Made by a program: the position numbers and the translations under genes. Shown here in pieces: positions 12,548 through 25,636 of a DNA stretch of 64,000 bases (its first letter is position 1; each line of letters opens with the position of its first letter). The notes beneath the pieces were generated by a model that was not told where the DNA came from, made no database searches, and saw only the letters and a list, made by a program, of their open reading frames with translations. Origin of the DNA: Eledone cirrhosa (taxonomy: Eukaryota); the NCBI GenBank assembly GCA_964016885.1, contig OZ024744.1:108810001-108874000 (forward strand), in the 5' to 3' direction.

Positions 12548-15500
12548 CTACAGGTTTATATACAGAGAAGGCCCATTCACTCGGGCGATTTTTGCCACAT
12601 TCACCCACCTTTCAGCGAATTTACTGGGGTGTAGCACCTCTCTCTCCACTCTCACCTTCCTTCTGAAGTGATATTTAAAGAAGGTGATAAGGTGTTGTCC
12701 GGAGAGAAAGGTGTTTGCCCTCAGTCCTTTTAACCTCGTCCACCATATTACCTCTTTCGTCATAGTCCCCAGACAGAGGAAAGCCGCCTCTCCTTCGTTC
12801 TTAAATGAAGGCGGCGGGGTGATCCTCCCGATGGACTCGACTGACAACCGGATGCGTCCTACACGTGACAGCAGCTGTTCGACATAATTCCACAGGTCGG
12901 TCACCCCTGGGCACTGAACAATTGCGTGCAGAACGGTTTCGATGTCCTGCTCGCATCTTGGACAGGTCCTTTTGGCAGGATCTCTGCCAGAGCGTCCGTG
13001 CCTGTAGATTTTGTCTCGAACTGGTAGAGCTCCTCGGTAGCACTGCCAGGCCAGAGACCTCTGGAAGTTGTCCATAGGCCCTGGACGGAAAGTCCTCCCG
13101 AACAGACTGGTCAGTTCGTCCTCCTCGAGAACGTCGTCGCACTTATCCTCCACTAATCCCCTATAGAATGTCGAAGTGGAGTCTCCGCTGATTGCCGTTT
13201 CCGCTTGGTAGAAGGCTGTGAGCGCCTGTAGGCACTCAAGGTGCCAGGCACCCATTTTCGGTCTTCGCTTGACCCAGGACTGCAGCTCTGTTAATGAGAC
13301 GAGTTGTGGAAGAACTCGTCTCACAAACGACAGCCACACCGGTTCACCGGTCAGGAATACCTGGAGATGGCGTAGCCTTAGCGCATGTTTTCGCATCATC
13401 AGCCACGGCATGCCCAGCCCTCCGTTAGAAGGGTGTTGACAGCAGATGGATCTCCTCACCAATGGAGCCTGTTTCTTCCAGAGGAACTTGAAGAGTAAGC
13501 GTTCCATTTTGGTAAGGTATTCGCGGGGGCAAGGCACGACTATCAAGCGGTAGTAGATGACGGAAGCTATGTAAGTGTTCGCCAACTCCGCTCGACCTTT
13601 CAAGGAGAGTTTGCACTCAGCCCACTTCTGGGTGAGTGCAAACACCTTTGCTGTGACCTCGTTCCAGTTCTTGTCCACCTGGAGGTCTGGACCGAACCAG
13701 ACCCCGAGCAATTTCACCGGTCCTTCCGTCCAGCGTCCAACGACACTGTCGGAATGCATGGGTTTGCCTCTCCATGTGCCGAGTTGCAAACCGACAGACT
13801 TGTTTGGGTTTAGTCTTGCTCGTGTCAACGTTTCGTATTCCTGTAATAGGTTGCCGATTACCCTGATTTCCGAGGTTTTCGACACCATTACGGTTATGTC
13901 GTCAGCATAGGCTGACGCTGCTTTCCGCAGTTCTGGTTCGATCGGGATGCCATGCAACAGCTCCAACTTCCGCAGTAACGACTCGAGAGTCAGTACATAC
14001 AGAATGGAGGAGAGAGGGCATCCCTGATAGATGGAACGTATGATTTGGAATGCCTCTGATAGGTAGCCATTCACCTTGACTGCCGAGCAGATGCTGGTGT
14101 GCATGGCAGCGATCAGGCCTCTGAAGATGGGACCGAAGCCGGCCGCCTTGAGAACTGCTTCCAAGTATTGATGGTCGACCCTATCAAATGCCTTAGACTA
14201 AACTAAATTGATCAGAGCCCCACCGAAGCCAGGTATACACCCTACTCTCTCTATGATGTATAGCATGATGTGGAGGTTGTCGTGTATGGACCTGGTCGGG
14301 ATTGCACACGTTTGGGCTTCCCCTACCAGGTTCTCGACGACAAGCGCCAGCCTTGCTGCTAACACCTTGGCCACAATCTTTAACTCTGTGTTAAGCAGAG
14401 TTATGGGCCTGAAATTGCTTATCTCATCCCCCTTGTTCTCATCTTTCTTGATCAACGTTACTACGCATCTGCCTACAGAACTGGGAATCCCCCCGTTCTG
14501 CTGCCAGTTGCAGTATACCGCTTCGGACACACCAGAGAACAAGTCTGGCATGCCTATGTAAAACTCATAGGGTAGACCATCTAAACCGGGTGATTTGCGT
14601 TTCCCGCAGCGGCCTAGGGCATCTTATATTTCGCTCGCTGTGATCGGCCTTTCGCAGCTCTCTGCATCCGTGCTCGAGAGTCGCGGTACGCCGTCGATCT
14701 AAGAGCTGAAGTCCATCACCTCGCTCGATGTACCGCTTTGCCCGAACAGTTGTGCAAAATGCTGCTGGAAGGCCGTGCACATCTGCCTGGATTCAAGTAT
14801 AATGCGTCCATCTTTGTCTTGCAAAGACCGAATTGTGGATTTGTTGCCACTTTTCACCTCTACCACTCGGGCCCAGCTAACAGCTTTGACTCCCTCGTTT
14901 CTTAGAGCACGTGTTCTACTTCTGACAATACAACCTTCGCGTTTCACGTTGAAGAACTGGTCTAGTGCCGTTCTCGCCGCTAACACGTCAGCTGTACTGC
15001 CATTCCTAAGTGCCTCTTCTATTTTAGCTACCAGTTCCTTTTCAGTTTTATTTTTTTCTAAAGCTACTTCCTTGCTAAATGCTATCGATTCTATTTTAAT
15101 TGCTCTCTTGAGAGAGCACCACCACCTGTTGTTGACGATCTCCCCCATCAACTGGCACTTAACTAAGGTGCTAATCCGTTTACTGTAGGCCTTACGCGCC
15201 GGGAGCGACATGTTTAGCTTCCAGTATCCGGGTCTCTGTCGATGTGTTCTATCAAGGTTGACTACGCAGGTGACTAATTTGTGGTCTGAATAGGCAACCA
15301 TGTACATTTGTGGACAGCTTAATGTGTCCTTATCATTGTGCCTAATTAAAAATCTATCTAAATACGATCTAGAAGACCCAGTGCGGTTGCTCCATGTCCA
15401 CAGTGGTGCACTTGGGAAGTCTAGTCGATATCTATTAGCCAGTTGGAATTGGCTGATGAGATTTTTGAGGCTATTACACTCCACTCTATTATCACAAGCT

Positions 15501-15960
15501 CCTACATAGTCCCAACGTGCGCCTAAGATACCATTCCAGTCCCCTGCTAACACTAAGGAGCGAGACGTTCCCAGCAATGGCTCCAGACGCTTGAAGAACT
15601 CTGGTCGCGATGTCATAGTCGGGGCATATACGGCCACCAGTCTGAAAGCTCCACCTTCATTACCATTCACGTCCAAGACCACCAGGCTGCCCTCCGGGTC
15701 CAAATGAATCGTCTGCATTTTGAGATCCAAGTTTTTTCAAAACAGAACAGCAACTCCCCCTCCACCTCCTGACTGAGAGTGAGATGCGTAGATCGCAAAA
15801 TCAACGATCATGGGGTTATCTGCTGCTTGTCGTGAATCCTGGACTCGGTGATGGCTATCACATCTATACAATGTGACCTGAGATCATTTAAAAGCTGGCC
15901 CTGTTTCCAGGACATGCCTAGGCCACGTACATTCAAACATCCAACTTGTATAGTCGCCAT
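12548..15960 (-). pseudogene. ORF2 of copy A: apurinic endonuclease, reverse transcriptase, CCHC (disrupted)
   Basis: APE motifs VYAPT, LAGDWN, SYLDRF, SDH. RT motifs FRPITLLNTELKI, KAFDRVDH, QGCPLS, YADD, LLGV. C-terminal CPRC-x8-H-x4-C. Split into several ORFs by stops and frameshifts. Confidence 0.93.
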
Positions 15961-16000
15961 GTTGGTGAAGAAGAGTTAAGGAGAGAAAAGGCAGGAGCAT

Positions 16001-17330
16001 TTACCTTTTCGTTTCCTGGCGGTCGGGTTGTTCGATCTCCATGTCCAGATTGGGGGTGTTTGGGGAGTGAGGGAATCATTTTAGCAGGACATGGTTAAGG
16101 GGCTTTTGGCAAAGGGGGGGGGGGGGCATATCATGTGGGAAGTTCTCTTTTAAAGTTTCATACTGTAGGGTTGTTACCCTGATAAGTTTGAGGTTTGGGG
16201 GTGGGTCGTTGGTGGGGAAGGTTTTCCCTTCCGTTTGTAATGTGGGGTCTTTTGGACAGTTTCCACCAGTTCTTTGTTTCTTGTTTTTATGTATGTGTAA
16301 TGTGTTTTGTTTTTATGTGTACTGTTTCTGTTTGTAGTTTTCTTTTTGTGGTTGTGGTTTATGATTGTGGTGGTGTGGGTGTTTGTTTTGTTGGTGAAGT
16401 CTTTGGTTGTGATGGTGGTGATTGTGCTGTTGGTGTGTTTGTCGTTTGTGGCGGTGTGTTTATGGGTGGGTTAGGTGTGTGCGTGTTTTCTGTAGATGTT
16501 TTTGTGTCTATTTTGTGTCTTTTTTTGTTTTTTGGATTTTTGGGGTCCCTCTTCATTCTCACTTGGAGATGTAGAGGTTCCCGTGTCTGAGACTTCTGAA
16601 TCAGGGGTAGATGGGAGGGGTATGTTGTGTGGTGGAGTGTTTGTGCAGGTGTTTGTGGAAGTATTTGACAGAGAGGGAGGAGGCAATGGAGGGTTTTTCA
16701 GTGGTCTGTGGTGGTGTGGGAGTGGATGTTTCAGGTTTTTGTGTTGTGTTTGGTTTGGGGTGTTGATGTTGGGGTTTTGGTGTTGGTAATAACACTTTGT
16801 TTGTCCTCGGTTTGTTTAAGAGAGGGCAAAAGGCCTTTAAGTGTGTGGTTTTCCCACACTTATGGCACTGAGGTCTTTTCCCCTCCACTAAAATAGAGAT
16901 GACATCTTCCTCAAGGACGATCCTGTCCGGTATTTTCTCAACTCTCTCTGGCCTCATTTGTACCAGAACCTCGATGCAGGTTCCAAACCAGTTATTCCGG
17001 TCAGTCCTGTCTACAGATAGCAGGGTGTCCTCATCCTTCTTCAGGATGCAGCGTAGGATCCACCATATGTTGACCTCTGCTGGGATCCTGGTTATTTTTA
17101 TTTCGTAGGATCATCTTCCCATGTATGTGGGGAAGAAGTTGTGTTGATCCGTTTTTATTGGGTGAACCGAGTGTTTTTGTGTCAGATTTTCGCTCTTAAA
17201 GAGCATTGGCACACTTCCATACTGTTTAGCTCTTTGGAGGTATGCCACGTCTGGCTTGATATCTTTTAGTGCAGCTTCAATAGTGCTTGTTGGGAGCGTT
17301 ATGGGTTTTTTGGTAATGATGTCAACTGTT
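16001..17330 (-). pseudogene. ORF1 (gag-like) of copy A, truncated and disrupted
   Basis: CHKCGKTTHLKAFC (CX2CX4HX4C) and a P/T-rich tract. Inferred C-terminus MEIEQPDRQETKR* is conserved with copy B. Confidence 0.8.
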
Positions 17331-17578
17331 CTATAGATAGATATATTTCTTTATTTGCCACAAGGGCGCACAAGAAAAGGGGACAATACAAAGACATGCC
17401 GAGGATTTTACATACAGTCGTGTAAAAATATAAAAATAATCAATTACAACAATCGAAATCCCCAATAGGGGGGTGGCGCCACAAATGGGTTGTTTAATAC
17501 CCCGTCGATAGAACAACCATCAACTCCAGGAGCGTGTTGTGCAAGTGCTCCTTTCTTCACTTTGCTCTCTTCTTCAAC

Positions 17579-20500
17579 CTACAGGCTTATAAACAGAGAA
17601 GGCCCAATCACTCGGGCCATTTTCGCTTCATTCACCCACCTTTCAGTAAATTTACTGGGGTGCAGTGCCTCTCTCTCCACTCGTATTCTCCTTCTAAGGT
17701 GATACTTAAAGAAGGGAATCAATTGTTGTCCGGAGAGAAAGGCATCTGTCCTCAGTTCTCTCAATCTCGTCCACCATATAACCTCTTTCTCCATAGCCAC
17801 CGTACAGAGGAAAACCGCCTCTCTTTCGTTTTTGAAAGAGGCTGGCGGTTTGATCCTTACTATGGACTCGGCAGTCAACTGGATTTGTCCCATGCGCAAA
17901 AGCAGTTGTTCTGCATAGTTCCACAGGTCGGTTACGCCCGGGCAGTGTACAATTGCGTGCAGGACTGTTTCAATGTCCTGCGCGCATCTTGGACACGTCC
18001 TCTTGGAAGGATCCCTCCCGAGGCGTCCGTGCCTGTAGATCTTGTCACGAACCGGTAGAGCTCCTCGGTAGCACTGCCAGGTCAGGGACCTCTGGAAGTT
18101 GTCCATAGGTCCCGGGCGGAAGGTCCTACCAAACAGACTGGTGAGCTCATCGTCTTCGACGCCCAGAGTCTCTCCGAGCACGTCGTCGCCCTTGTAACAT
18201 ACAATCTCTCTATAGAATGCGCCCGCATGCCAGAGGACTGTGAGTGCCTGAGCGCATTCAATGTGCCAGGCGCCCATCGTTTTCGGTCTTTTCTTGACCC
18301 AGGACTGCAGCTCCGTCAGCGAGACGAGATGTGGGAAAGCCTGTATCACAACGGTGCTCACACCGGCTGGAGGTCGGTGAGGAATACCTGGAGATGCCGC
18401 AGCCTCAGCACATGTTTGCGCATCATCAGCCACGGCATTCCCAGCCCTCCGTTGGAAGCGTGCTGACATCAGACGGATCTCCTCACCAGCGGAGCCTGCT
18501 TCTTCCACAGAAACTGGAAGAGCATGCGTTCCATCTTGGCGAGGTGTTCACGGGGACAAGGCAAGACAGTCAAGCGGTAGTAAATGACGGACGCTATGAA
18601 AGTGTTCGCCACCTCCGCTCGACCTTTCAAGGACAGTTTGCACTCTGCCCACTTCTGGGTGAGTGCAAACACCTTGGCCGTGACCTCGTTCCAGTTTTTC
18701 TCCACCTGGAGGTCTGGACCGAACCAGACCCCGAGCAATTTCACCGGTCCCTCCGTCCAGCGTCCAACGACGCTGTCGAACGTCATCGGTTTGCCTCTCC
18801 ACGTACCGAGTTGCAAACCGATAGACTTGTCCGGGTTTAGTTTTGCTCCCGTCAGCGTTTCGTATTCTTTCAGTAAGTTGCCGATCACCCCGATTTCCGA
18901 GGTGCTCGTCACCATTACCGTCACGTAAATGTATCGCATGAAGTGGAGGTTGTCGTGTATGGACCTGGTCGGGATTACACACGTTTGCGCTTTCCCTACC
19001 AGGTTCTCGACGACAAGCGCCAACCTCGTCGCTAGGACCTTGGCCAAAATCTTTAACTCTGTGTTGAGCAGAGTTATGGGCCTGAAGTTGTTAATTTCGT
19101 CTCCCTTGTTCTCGTCTTTCCTGATCAGCGTTACTACGCCCTTGCCTGCAGAACTGGGAATTCTCCCGTTCTGCTGCTAATTGCAGTAGACGGCTTCGAG
19201 GACGCCAGAGAACAAGGCCAGCATGCCTATGTAAAACTCATAGGGTAGACCATCTAGACCAGGTGTCTTGCGTTTCCCGCAGCGGCCCAGAGCGTTCCGT
19301 ATCTCAGTGTCCGTGATCGGTCTTTCGCAGAACTCGGCGTCCGTGTTCGAGAAACGCGGCAGGCCGTCGAGTTATGAACTAAAGTCCATTGCCCCGTTCG
19401 GCTCACCGTAGTTCTGCTCAAACAGTCGCGCAAAGTTTTGGTCTTTCAAAGACCGAATCGTGGACTTGTTGCCACTTTTTGCCTCCGCCACTCGGGCCCA
19501 GCTGACAGCTTTCGCTCCTTCGTTTTCTAGAGCACATGTTTTGCTTCTGACCACGCAGCCTTCGTGTTTCGCATCGAAGAACTGGTCCAGTGCCGTTTTC
19601 GACGCTAACACTCTAGCTACGTTGCCACTTCTAAGTGCCTCCTCTACCTTGGCTACTAGTTCTCTTTCTATTCTGTTTTTCTCTAAGGCTAACTCTCTGC
19701 TATGCCCTATCGATTCTATTCTAATTGCTTTCTTGAGAGAGTACCACCATCTATTGTTGACGATGGCTTCCGTTAACTGTTGCTTGACTAGTCTACTTAT
19801 CCGTTCACTGTAAGCTTTACGTGCTGGCAACGACACGTTCAGCTTCCAGTATCCGGGTCCCTGTCTATGTGTTCTATCACGGTTGACTAAGCAGACGACT
19901 AATTTGTGATCTGAATAGGCAACCATGTGCATTCGTGGAGAGCTTAACATCTCCTTGTCCCTTTCTCTAATGAAGAACCTATCTAAATACAATCTAGATG
20001 TCCCGCTGCGGTTTGCCCACGTCCACTGTGGTGCAGTCGGGAAATGCAGTCGATACCTATCGGCCAGTTGGAATTGGCCGATTAAATTTTTGAGGCTGTT
20101 GCATCCCGCTCTGCTGGGACATGCTCCCACATAGTCCCATCGTGCAGCTAGGATACCATTCCAGCCCCCCACTAAAAGTAAGGAGCGAGACGTTCCCAGA
20201 AAAGACTCTAGATGCTTAAAGAAGTCTGGCCGTGATTGCGATTGCCCGGTCGGGGCATAAACGGCCACGAGTCTGAAGGCTCCACCTCCAATACTGTTCA
20301 CGTCTAGGACTACCAGTCTACCCTCCGGGTCCAAGTGTACTTGCTGTACTTCGACGTCCAGGTTCTTCCGAAACATGACAGCCACTCCACCCCCACCTCC
20401 TGGCTGACAGAGAGATGCGTAGATCTCAAAGTCGTCGAAGATGGGGGTTAGTTGCTGCCTGTTGTGGATCCTGGACTCGGTGATGGCTATCACATCCATA

Positions 20501-20592
20501 CCGTGTGACCTAAGGTCGTTTAAAAGTTGGCCCTGTTTCCAGGGCATCCCTAGGCCACTCACATTCACACTTCCAACTCGTAAACTAGCCAT
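17579..20592 (-). pseudogene. ORF2 of copy B (APE-RT-CCHC) lacking the catalytic RT segment
   Basis: Starts MASLRVGSVNVSG with APE motifs. Reads HFMRYIY|VTVMVTS where copy A has about 120 more residues including QGCPLS and YADD. C-terminal CPRCAQDIETVLHAIVHC. Confidence 0.92.
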
Positions 20593-20633
20593 GTTGGTGA
20601 AGAAGAGTTGGAGAAAAAGGACGAAAGGTGCAC

Positions 20634-22468
20634 TTACCTTTTCGTTTCCTGGAGATCGGGTTGTACAATCTCCATTTGGGTGCTGGATGGGGTGTTGGGT
20701 GGGGTGGGGAAACATTTTAACAGGACGCGGTTGATGAGTTTCTGGCAGGGGTTGCCCACGTCCTGTGAAAATTTATTTTTTATATCATTATAGGTTCCAT
20801 AGAAACCCTTATAAGTTTAAGGTGTGGAGACGATTCTGCCTTGACGAAAGTTTTGCCCTCCGTCTGCACCTTGGGGTTTTGGGAGATGACCTCCATCAAA
20901 CTCTTGTTGTTTGTGTTGATGTATGCGTATTGTTGTTTGTGTTTTTGTTGTGTTGTTTTAGTTTGTTGTCCGTCCGGGAGTTTTCTTTTTATGGTGGGTG
21001 CTTGTGTTTGGGGTGGTATTGGTGTTGGTTTTGCTGGTAGGGGGATGTTTGAATGTGGTGTTGTTTGTGTTGTTGTTTGTGTCTGTGGTTGTGTGTTGGT
21101 GTTGGTGATTGGAGTTTTGGGGGTTTTGTGGTATTTCTTTTTTTGTTTTTTAGATTTCCGCGGTTCTCCTTCTTCTTCACTTAAAGAAGGAGAAGCAGCC
21201 TCATCTGTTGATGAATAATCATCGTCAGGAGTGTGGGGTAGAGGTATGTTGTGTGGTGGTGGTGTTTCGGTGTGTGTGTTTGTGGTAGTGTTTGATGGAG
21301 TGGGATGGGGTGGGACTGTGTTCTTCAGGGCTGTTGTCTCTGTTTTTTCTGTTGGTTGAGTGTCTGTTTGTTTTGGTGTGGTTGCTCGTTTCGTCTGTCG
21401 TTGTACTTGTGGTGGTGGTGGTTGTTTTGGCGTTGGTGTTGGTAATAGTGTTTTTTTTATGATGTTGTTGTTGTGTGTTTGTGGACAAGAGGCTTTTAGG
21501 TGAGCTGTGCTACCACAGCGAAAGCAATGAAATTTTCGTCCTTCTACCGAAATGTTTATTTTGTTGTTATCATCGATGACGACTCTTTCGGGTATTTTGG
21601 AGATTCTCTCCGGCTTCATTTGCAACAGAATCTCCAAATCAGTACCCGCCCACCTTTGCCGAATAGATTTTCGTATCGAAAGAATCATATCAGTTTCTGG
21701 CTCTACGAAGCCAGCCAAGATCCACCAGATGTTAATGTTTGGGGGTATATTTTTTATTTTTATTTTTTGTGTCCTTTTTCCCATGAATGTAGGGAAAAAG
21801 GTGAATGCTTTTGACACCATTGGTGTCACAGAATGTTTTGGGGCGAGTGCTTCGCTTTAAAACAGTACGGAAACATTTCCGTACTGTTTTCCTCGCTGGA
21901 GAAAATCGATATTTGCTAGAATTTCCTTGAAAGTAGCTTCTATATCTGCTTGGCTAACAAATGTCGGCTTTCTTGTGGAATTTGACACAGTCCTAAAGGT
22001 GACTGATCTGTGAATTGTGTCTTCCTTTATTTCAAGGGGTGAGTTAATTCTAAACCCACCTTTTTCTTCGAAAGTTACAAATTTTCTCCCTTGCTGGAGC
22101 ATATCTCTTGCATTGGAGATATCAAGATTTATAAAATCTTGTTTTTTGTTCACTGTTTCAGCGAAAGACATTTTCTTTTTTTGCGTGGTGTTGCTGTTGT
22201 TGTTGTTGTTGTTATCGTTGTTAGCCTCGGTGTTGGAAATCTCAGTTCCTTGACGAGGTGAAACATTATGTGTGAGTTAGTGTTATTTTTCTCCGCTTCG
22301 ACGGTAGAAATTGTACAATTTTTGAGTGGTAACATTTTTTCCTCTTTGTTGACAGTCGTATCTATGGCGACGTCCATAGAGAGAGAAAGGGGCAGATATA
22401 ACGTTAATATCTGCCCCTTTCTCTCTCTTTTCTCTACTGACGTTCTCCAGCGTTCTTGTCTTGTTCAT
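20634..22468 (-). pseudogene. ORF1 (gag-like) of copy B, frameshifted
   Basis: Pieces 22283-22468, 21857-22171 and 20780-21829; CFRCGSTAHLKASC knuckle; inferred end MEIVQPDLQETKR*. Start codon uncertain. Confidence 0.78.
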
Positions 22469-22705
22469 GTTATTTAGTTTGTAAAATTTGAAATTTTAAA
22501 ACAATTTTTAAAATAAAATGTTCGCCCCTAAAGGGGCGAAAATGGGATTACCACCCAGCTGACAATTCAACTTGGGGGTTAATCTACAAAATAATATGTT
22601 TTTTCAAACAATTTGTTCTGTTTTCGTATATAAATTTACAAAAAATCTTACCGGCGGTGTTTCACGCATCAGACAGAAAGAGAGATAGATAGATAGGTAG
22701 ATAGC

Positions 22706-22849
<144 letters not shown>

Positions 22850-22870
22850 GGTCGATATATAGACAGATAG

Positions 22871-22917
22871 ATATCTTTCGTTATTTGCCATAAGGGCGCA
22901 CAAGAAAAGGGGACAAT
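22871..22917 (-). mobile_element. ~45-bp 3'-terminal fragment of the Tx1 family
   Basis: TTATTTGCCATAAGGGCGCACAAGAAAAGGGGACAAT matches the 3' end of copy B and is flanked on both sides by GATA repeats. Confidence 0.8.
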
Positions 22918-22938
22918 ATAGATAGATAGATAGATAGA

Positions 22939-23420
22939 TATATTTCTTTATTAGCCACAAGGGCGCACAAGAAAAGGGGACAATACAAAGATATGCCGGG
23001 GATTTTACATACTGTCGTGTAAAAATATAAAACAAACAATTATAACAATCAGGAGGAGGCACCACAAATGTGTTGTTTAATACCCCGTCGATAGAACAAG
23101 CTTCAACTTCAGGAGCGTGTTGTGCAAGTGCTCCTTTCTTCCTTTTGTTCTCTTCTTCAACCTACAGGCTTATATACAGAGAAGGCCCAATCACTCGGGC
23201 CATTTTTGCCACATTCACCCACCTTTTAGTAAATTTACTGGAGTGCAGTGTCTCTCTCTCTCTTTCTCTCCACTCTGATTCTCCTTCTAAAGTGGTACCT
23301 AAAGAAGGGAATGAGTTGTTGTTCCGGAGAGAAAGGCATCTGTCCTCAGTCCTCTCAATCTCGTCCACCATATAACCCCTTTCACCATAGCCACTATACA
23401 GGGGAAAACCGCCTCTCTTT
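22939..23420 (-). mobile_element. Tx1 copy C, 5'-truncated (ORF2 end plus 3' UTR)
   Basis: Encodes ...RWVNVAKMARVIGPSLYISL*. The 5' break abuts AGATAGATAG at 23421-23430. Confidence 0.92.
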
Positions 23421-23881
23421 AGATAGATAGAAATTCTATGCAGCCGCGTTTCTGTTTTGCTTTCTTTTTTTCTCTTGTTATTTTCATTTTCGCTGGTATT
23501 ACTTTCTTCCATTCTTTCATTACGTCTATCTTTACGTCACACTATCTTCTCTCTTCATTTATTCCTACCTCTCTTTACTCGTATTCTTTCCATTCTTTTC
23601 TTCCTCTATTATTTCCTCTCGCTCTTCTCTTTTACCTTGTCTTCCATTCTTTCTTTTCCTTTCCTCCTTCCTCCCGTCACTCTTTCTTTAGCCCCTCCCT
23701 CCACCTTCTAACTACAAACTTCTGAATAGACAATAGTAAATTTATATATTGTATAGATTCTATCGTATAACACACTCATATATATATATACGCATAGAGC
23801 TATACACACATACATATACACACACACACTATTATATACACCTGCATATGCGTTTGAAAGAGAGAGAAAGAGAGAGAAAGA

Positions 23882-23926
<45 letters not shown>

Positions 23927-24001
23927 TGTGTATATATTTGTGTGTATATATATATGTATGCGTATTTATGTATATATGTATGTATATATATATATATGTA
24001 T

Positions 24002-24056
<55 letters not shown>

Positions 24057-24084
24057 ATCAAAAGATGGTTAAAAGAGTTCCATG

Positions 24085-24155
24085 TATTTTATTATGCGCA
24101 TTTCAAAAACAAATATCATCATGCGATGACATTTGCGTTTTCATCAGATAAAATA
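24085..24155 (-). ncRNA. Type I hammerhead ribozyme
   Basis: Minus strand: TATTTTAT-CTGATGA-AAACGCAAATGTCATC-GCAT-GATGATATTTGTTTTT-GAAA-TGCGCA-TA-ATAAAATA, with an 8-bp stem I and a palindromic stem III. Confidence 0.85.
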
Positions 24156-24570
24156 GGGAGACATGATATGAAGGTTAAAAAACACTTGTGAATAGTGCAG
24201 CTTTAAATCAACATATGAAAAGTAGTTTTAGATTGATGTGTGATATTGGGAAAAAAATGAGGGGGGTGGGTGGAAAAGATGAAAAAGAGGAGGAGATGAG
24301 AGTAAAGAATGGAGGGGGGTGGAGTATAATAAGGAAGGATGACATAGGAGGAGAGATTGGTGATAGAGAGAGAGATAGCTTTTATAACTGAGAAAAATAT
24401 ATTGTTTTACAGAGAGAGGTTAAAAAACCGTTGGAAGATAATATATAAATTAAAAGAATTTGAAAATTAACGAAGAGAAAAATTTAAGAATAATGTTAAA
24501 TTAAGGTTTGTATAATGAAGGGTTTAATAATGTGTGCGATGAAAAGAAATTGTTAATATGTATTAAGAAT

Positions 24571-24760
24571 AATTGTTTCTACTTTTGGCACAAGGCCAGC
24601 AATTATCCCAGTGTATTACTGGTACTTTATTTTATCGACCCCATAAGGATGAAAGGCAAAGTTAACCTCGGCGTGATTTGAACTCAGAATAGCAAGGGAC
24701 GTAACTCTTTGCTGCAAAGCATGGCGTCCGACCCTCTACCGATACTGCCATCCACCGCCT
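24571..24760 (-). mobile_element. tRNA-headed Nin/Deu-core SINE with TSD
   Basis: Full reverse-complement copy. TATTAAGAATAAT is duplicated at 24561-24573 and 24760-24772. Confidence 0.88.
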
Positions 24761-25504
24761 ATTAAGAATAATATTTAAGGGTTTTATAATATGTGCAATG
24801 GAAAGAAATTGTTGATATGTATTATTAAAAATAAAAATAGTAATGTAATTAAGGATATATTGGGAAAAGAAGTAGAAGAGTGGATGAATTATGAATTTAG
24901 AGGAATTAGTTAGTGTTTAAGTATGTTTTTATGTAAAGTAATATGTATGTGTAATATATGTAAATAGTTTGCTTACAAATGAGCGCAGAAAGCAAAGAAG
25001 GAGATAGTGTTTAAGGAGAAGACCTTAACATCAAAATATGTATGTTTATGAAGTATTTCCTAATGGTAATAATATAATGTAATAAAGGAGATTAGTTAGG
25101 GTTTAAGTTTGTTTTTATGTGTTGTGATGTGTAAGTTAGACGAGCATGAAAGGGAGAAAAAAATAATGAATTGAGGATGAATAATCTAACGTCAAAAAAA
25201 GTGTTTATGTTTGCGAAGGATTTTTCAAGGTGATACTATAAAGTATTTAAAAGGGTAATAGTAAGTTTTATGGCCAGTGATAGGATGGAAGAAGGAAGAG
25301 TGGATATATGTGGTGAGTAATAATGAGAATTGAGAAATATCTAGGAAGAAAAGGTACAGATTAGAGGTTAGAAATTAAAAGAAAAAAGGAAAAAGGAAGA
25401 AAGGGAAGTGATAAATAGGAATGATATAGAATGGGTAACTAGTATTATATAATGTATAATAAATAACATTGAAATAAGGTAGAAAGATGGGTATATTTTT
25501 AAAG

Positions 25505-25596
<92 letters not shown>

Positions 25597-25636
25597 CTTT
25601 GAGAAAAAGGATTTTAAATTGGTAAAGTATTATATA

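Larger units (their letters stand above)
12211..17330 (-). mobile_element. Tx1/L1-clade non-LTR retrotransposon copy A, 5'-truncated in ORF1
   Basis: ORF1 zinc knuckle, then APE-RT-CCHC ORF2, then a 3' UTR ending AATAAAGAAATA followed by (TATC)n. Confidence 0.93.
17341..22670 (-). mobile_element. Tx1/L1-clade copy B, apparently with intact 5' end but internally deleted
   Basis: 5' UTR, ORF1, ORF2 and 3' UTR present. 5' end abuts a (TATC)n tract at ~22671-22756. 3' end runs through TATCTATC into copy A. Confidence 0.93.

Noticed and set aside
12684-21860. Plus-strand ORFs overlapping the retrotransposons
   Set aside because: Antisense shadows of the minus-strand ORF1/ORF2, with no recognisable motifs.
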